From an uncultured Dehalococcoidales bacterium (GTDB lineage: Bacteria > Chloroflexota > Dehalococcoidia > GIF9 > AB-539-J10): DNA of 36,706 nucleotides. Both the position numbers and the translations under genes were made by a program. Where the stretch lies: contig CAYVCJ010000003.1 in the NCBI GenBank assembly GCA_964450165.1, positions 1-36,706 on the forward strand, in the 5' to 3' direction. The notes under the pieces are model-generated. The model ran no database searches. It was given only the letters and a program-made list of their open reading frames with translations, and was not told where the DNA came from. Below, piece after piece: positions 34,523 to 36,706 of the stretch (the stretch's first letter is position 1; each line of letters starts with the position of its first letter).

Positions 34523-35105
34523 GATACAAAAAAGATGGATTGTGCTAACGCTTTATGGTGCTGGCCTTATCGCGCTTAGCGTTGCTCTTGCTTATCTTCT
34601 TCAGTATTTGATCGTTCACTTCAACATCTCGTTAGGCGACTTTGCCCCTGGTGCTTATTCTGTTGTGTTTCTCGTTAGTTTTCTGTGTAACGCCAGCATT
34701 CTGGTGCCTGTGGCTTTGCATGGTTCGATTATGATGGCAGCAGCCTCGCAGTGGGATCCAATTATTGTGGCTCTTGTAGCAAGTGTTGCTGGAACCCTGG
34801 GAGAAATGACTGGCTACTATGCTGGTTACCTCGGAAAGAGGATAGCGATCACTAGAGACATACCGGGTTATCACAGATTTGTGGATTGGGTTAATCGATA
34901 CGGGCTACTGGCGATATTCCTCTTTTCTCTGCAGCCCGTTTTGCCATTTGATATCGCCGGGCTTACCGCCGGAGTATCAAGATTACCGCTATGGAAATTT
35001 CTGTTGGCGTGTTGGGCGGGCAAATTCCCTAAGTACATTGTGTTTTGTTATTTTGGTTTTGGACTTCTTCATTTCCTTCCATTATGGTTTCAGCCGCCGG
35101 GCTAA
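34506..35105 (+). CDS. YqaA/DedA-superfamily (VTT domain) membrane protein
   Basis: 199 aa with a GTG start (34506, or alternatively 34515). Multi-pass membrane protein. GTLGEMTGYYAGYLG and PFDIAGLTAG motifs are typical of YqaA-like proteins. Confidence 0.8.
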   Translation: MNQVTKIQKRWIVLTLYGAGLIALSVALAYLLQYLIVHFNISLGDFAPGAYSVVFLVSFLCNASILVPVALHGSIMMAAASQWDPIIVALVASVAGTLGEMTGYYAGYLGKRIAITRDIPGYHRFVDWVNRYGLLAIFLFSLQPVLPFDIAGLTAGVSRLPLWKFLLACWAGKFPKYIVFCYFGFGLLHFLPLWFQPPG

Positions 35106-36317
35106 TTTTTCCTCCTCATCTTTGGTGGTAACCTCGCCGTTCAATTTTGCCTTGTGCAATATCTCGAGGATTTCTCCCAACCTTGCTCCTGCAGGGATGC
35201 CCAGTCTTTGAAGGTCCTCCCCATTAAGACAAGGCTTTACATAACGTAACTTAGAAAGGAAAAGCTCAAGATGATGACGAATCTCGGGCTTGTCTTCGGC
35301 TATAGTGTTAGCCTTAACAGCTAATGGGTCATATTCATGAAGGAAGTAATAAATATCGCTGGGCTTCAACTGCGGTTTATCTAATTGGGTAAGGTGCAGC
35401 TTAAGTCGAGCGGTATCCTTCAATGTCTTGGTTAGCTTTGCTGATGGGTTAAGGCGGCTTACCAACTGGTTAAGCTGTTCCCCATTGAGTGGGGAGGCAA
35501 GGAGACAAAAATAAAGTGCTGGAAGTTCACCTGGTTTACCTAATTGGCGTGCATCATTGAATTTACCGGCGAGCCACGTATTGCCAGTGAGAGAATGGTT
35601 TATCCTTTGTAATGCTCCCAAATCTCCAAGTCGCTTAATGGCATGTTCAGGATATTCCTCTCTGAAGATTAACTCCAGTTCGTGCCTTATTCGGTCGCCG
35701 CTTATAGTATCCAGCATGGGAATATCTCGCTTGAGTAATCGGGCAGTCTCACGCTCAAGATTGAATCCCAATCGTTGTTCATAGCGTATCGCTCGTAAGA
35801 TTCTGGTAGCATCATCGCTGAAACTATCAGGGTGTAGGATACGGATGAGATGTGAATGTAGGTCATCTTTGCCATGATGAGGGTCAAGTAGCTGTCCATA
35901 ATCTTCAGTGGTGAGGGATATCGCCATGGCATTGATGGAGAAATCTCTGCGGAAGAGATCCTTTTCAATACGGCTTGGCGTGACTGTAGGTAGTGCACCA
36001 GGTCTGGCATAAGTTTCACTTCTGGCGGTCGCGATATCTATGGCGAAGTCACCGCTGTTGATTTTGGCAGTGTTGAAGCGGGGATGTAGCACCAATCTTG
36101 CCTCGCTGATTCTAGCTATCTGATTAGCCAGTTCGACAGCGTTGCCCTCGGTTACCAGATCAAGGTCGAAACTATGATAGCCTAGCAGTAAATCTCGCAC
36201 TATACCCCCGACAAGGTAAACTCTTTGTCCTAGCTTGCTAGCCTCCTTGGAGGTATCACGAAGTAACTCAAGGAGTTCCTTGGGAAAGTAGCTCTTAACT
36301 TTTGAGGCTAAATTCAC
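35082..36317 (-). CDS. cca: class II tRNA nucleotidyltransferase (CCA-adding enzyme family)
   Basis: 411 aa with a GTG start. VYLVGGIVRDLLLG...DLDLV (motif A), RRDFSINAM (motif B) and DDATRILRAIRY (motif D region). Confidence 0.88.
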   Translation of the reverse strand: MNLASKVKSYFPKELLELLRDTSKEASKLGQRVYLVGGIVRDLLLGYHSFDLDLVTEGNAVELANQIARISEARLVLHPRFNTAKINSGDFAIDIATARSETYARPGALPTVTPSRIEKDLFRRDFSINAMAISLTTEDYGQLLDPHHGKDDLHSHLIRILHPDSFSDDATRILRAIRYEQRLGFNLERETARLLKRDIPMLDTISGDRIRHELELIFREEYPEHAIKRLGDLGALQRINHSLTGNTWLAGKFNDARQLGKPGELPALYFCLLASPLNGEQLNQLVSRLNPSAKLTKTLKDTARLKLHLTQLDKPQLKPSDIYYFLHEYDPLAVKANTIAEDKPEIRHHLELFLSKLRYVKPCLNGEDLQRLGIPAGARLGEILEILHKAKLNGEVTTKDEEEKLARRLKP

Positions 36318-36335
36318 GGTTGGACTGATTCTGGG

Positions 36336-36706
36336 CTATGCCTTTACAGGCTCTGTTTTGGTAAAACTCAGCTCTTCTGCTTCGACGCTGATAGCTACGG
36401 TATCTCCTTCCTTAAAATCGCCCTTGAGTATCTTTGTTGAGAGAGGGTTTTCCACATAGCGTTGAATGGCACGCCGTAGCGGGCGAGCCCCATATTCAGG
36501 ATTATAGCCTTTGCTTATCAGCCATGATTTGGCTTCATCGTTTACCTTTAGCGCAATATTGTGTTCGGCGAGGCGCTGTTCCACGTCTTTGATCAATAAG
36601 TCGATAATTTTCGCCAAATGTTGCTCAGTTAAAGTGTGAAAGATGATGGTATCGTCTACCCGGTTAAGTAACTCAGGGCGGAAGGTGCTCCTTAGCGCAG
36701 TTTCGA
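36336..36706 (-). CDS. Clp/Hsp100 AAA+ ATPase (ClpC/ClpB family), C-terminal part only; the CDS continues beyond the right edge
   Basis: The frame is open to position 36706: ...TALRSTFRPELLNRVDDTIIFHTLTEQHLAKIIDLL...YNPEYGARPLRRAIQRYVE... These are the D2 small-domain signatures (sensor-2 GARPLRR). Confidence 0.9.
   Translation of the reverse strand, partial: ETALRSTFRPELLNRVDDTIIFHTLTEQHLAKIIDLLIKDVEQRLAEHNIALKVNDEAKSWLISKGYNPEYGARPLRRAIQRYVENPLSTKILKGDFKEGDTVAISVEAEELSFTKTEPVKA

Noticed and set aside
1-36706. Searched for CRISPR repeats, transposase/integrase genes, terminal inverted repeats, phage genes, toxin-antitoxin pairs and known defence genes. The tRNA-Ala was considered as a possible integration site.
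   Set aside because: None were seen. Every ORF of 80 aa or more with coding character maps to a housekeeping or metabolic family. The tRNA is flanked by hpt and a DedA gene, with no direct repeat of its 3' end nearby.

Overview
This is a compact, almost entirely housekeeping chromosomal segment. The host uses strong GGAGG Shine-Dalgarno sites and has many overlapping gene ends. The gene content, plus an mraZ-rsmH-ftsA-ftsZ cluster with no wall-synthesis genes, suggests a Chloroflexota/Dehalococcoidia-like lineage; this is inference only.

I call 35 protein-coding genes (2 cut by the window edges), 1 decayed gene fragment, tRNA-Ala(GGC) and a large Bacillus-type SRP RNA. By function:
- Translation and ribosome biogenesis: glyQS, metG, rplS, trmD, prfA, prmC, def, rsfS, rsmA, rsmH, cca.
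- Division: mraZ, ftsA, ftsZ.
- Proteostasis: ftsH and a Clp ATPase.
- Replication restart: priA.
- Purine and nucleotide salvage: ade, hpt, ndk.
- Isoprenoids: ispE and a polyprenyl synthase.
- Polyamines: speD-speE.
- Acyl-CoA metabolism: two acyl-CoA dehydrogenases and a Pat-like acetyl-CoA-synthetase/GNAT fusion.
- Others: a B12-binding radical SAM enzyme, an endonuclease IV-like TIM barrel, DUF89, a macro domain protein and two DedA/VTT membrane proteins.

I found no CRISPR array, transposase or integrase, phage genes, toxin-antitoxin pair or recognisable defence system. I cannot honestly nominate a clear novel multi-gene system.

The best leads are:
1. A consensus promoter followed by three GTGGG boxes at exact 10-bp phasing (MraZ-operator-like). 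It drives an unannotated-type 81-aa winged-helix-like ORF that is translationally coupled to mraZ, at the head of a collapsed dcw cluster.
2. An orphan B12-radical SAM gene with a C-terminal extension, followed by a 300-nt gap tiled by two Cys-containing mini-ORFs. This lead is weak.
3. Several single-gene oddities:
   - an ACAD with Asp instead of the catalytic Glu;
   - PrmC reading NLPY instead of NPPY;
   - rsfS needing a non-canonical start;
   - FtsZ with a 29-aa tail after its C-terminal peptide;
   - an ACAD gene relic;
   - a 382-nt orphan spacer.

All coordinates come from reading the sequence by eye. No searches were run.
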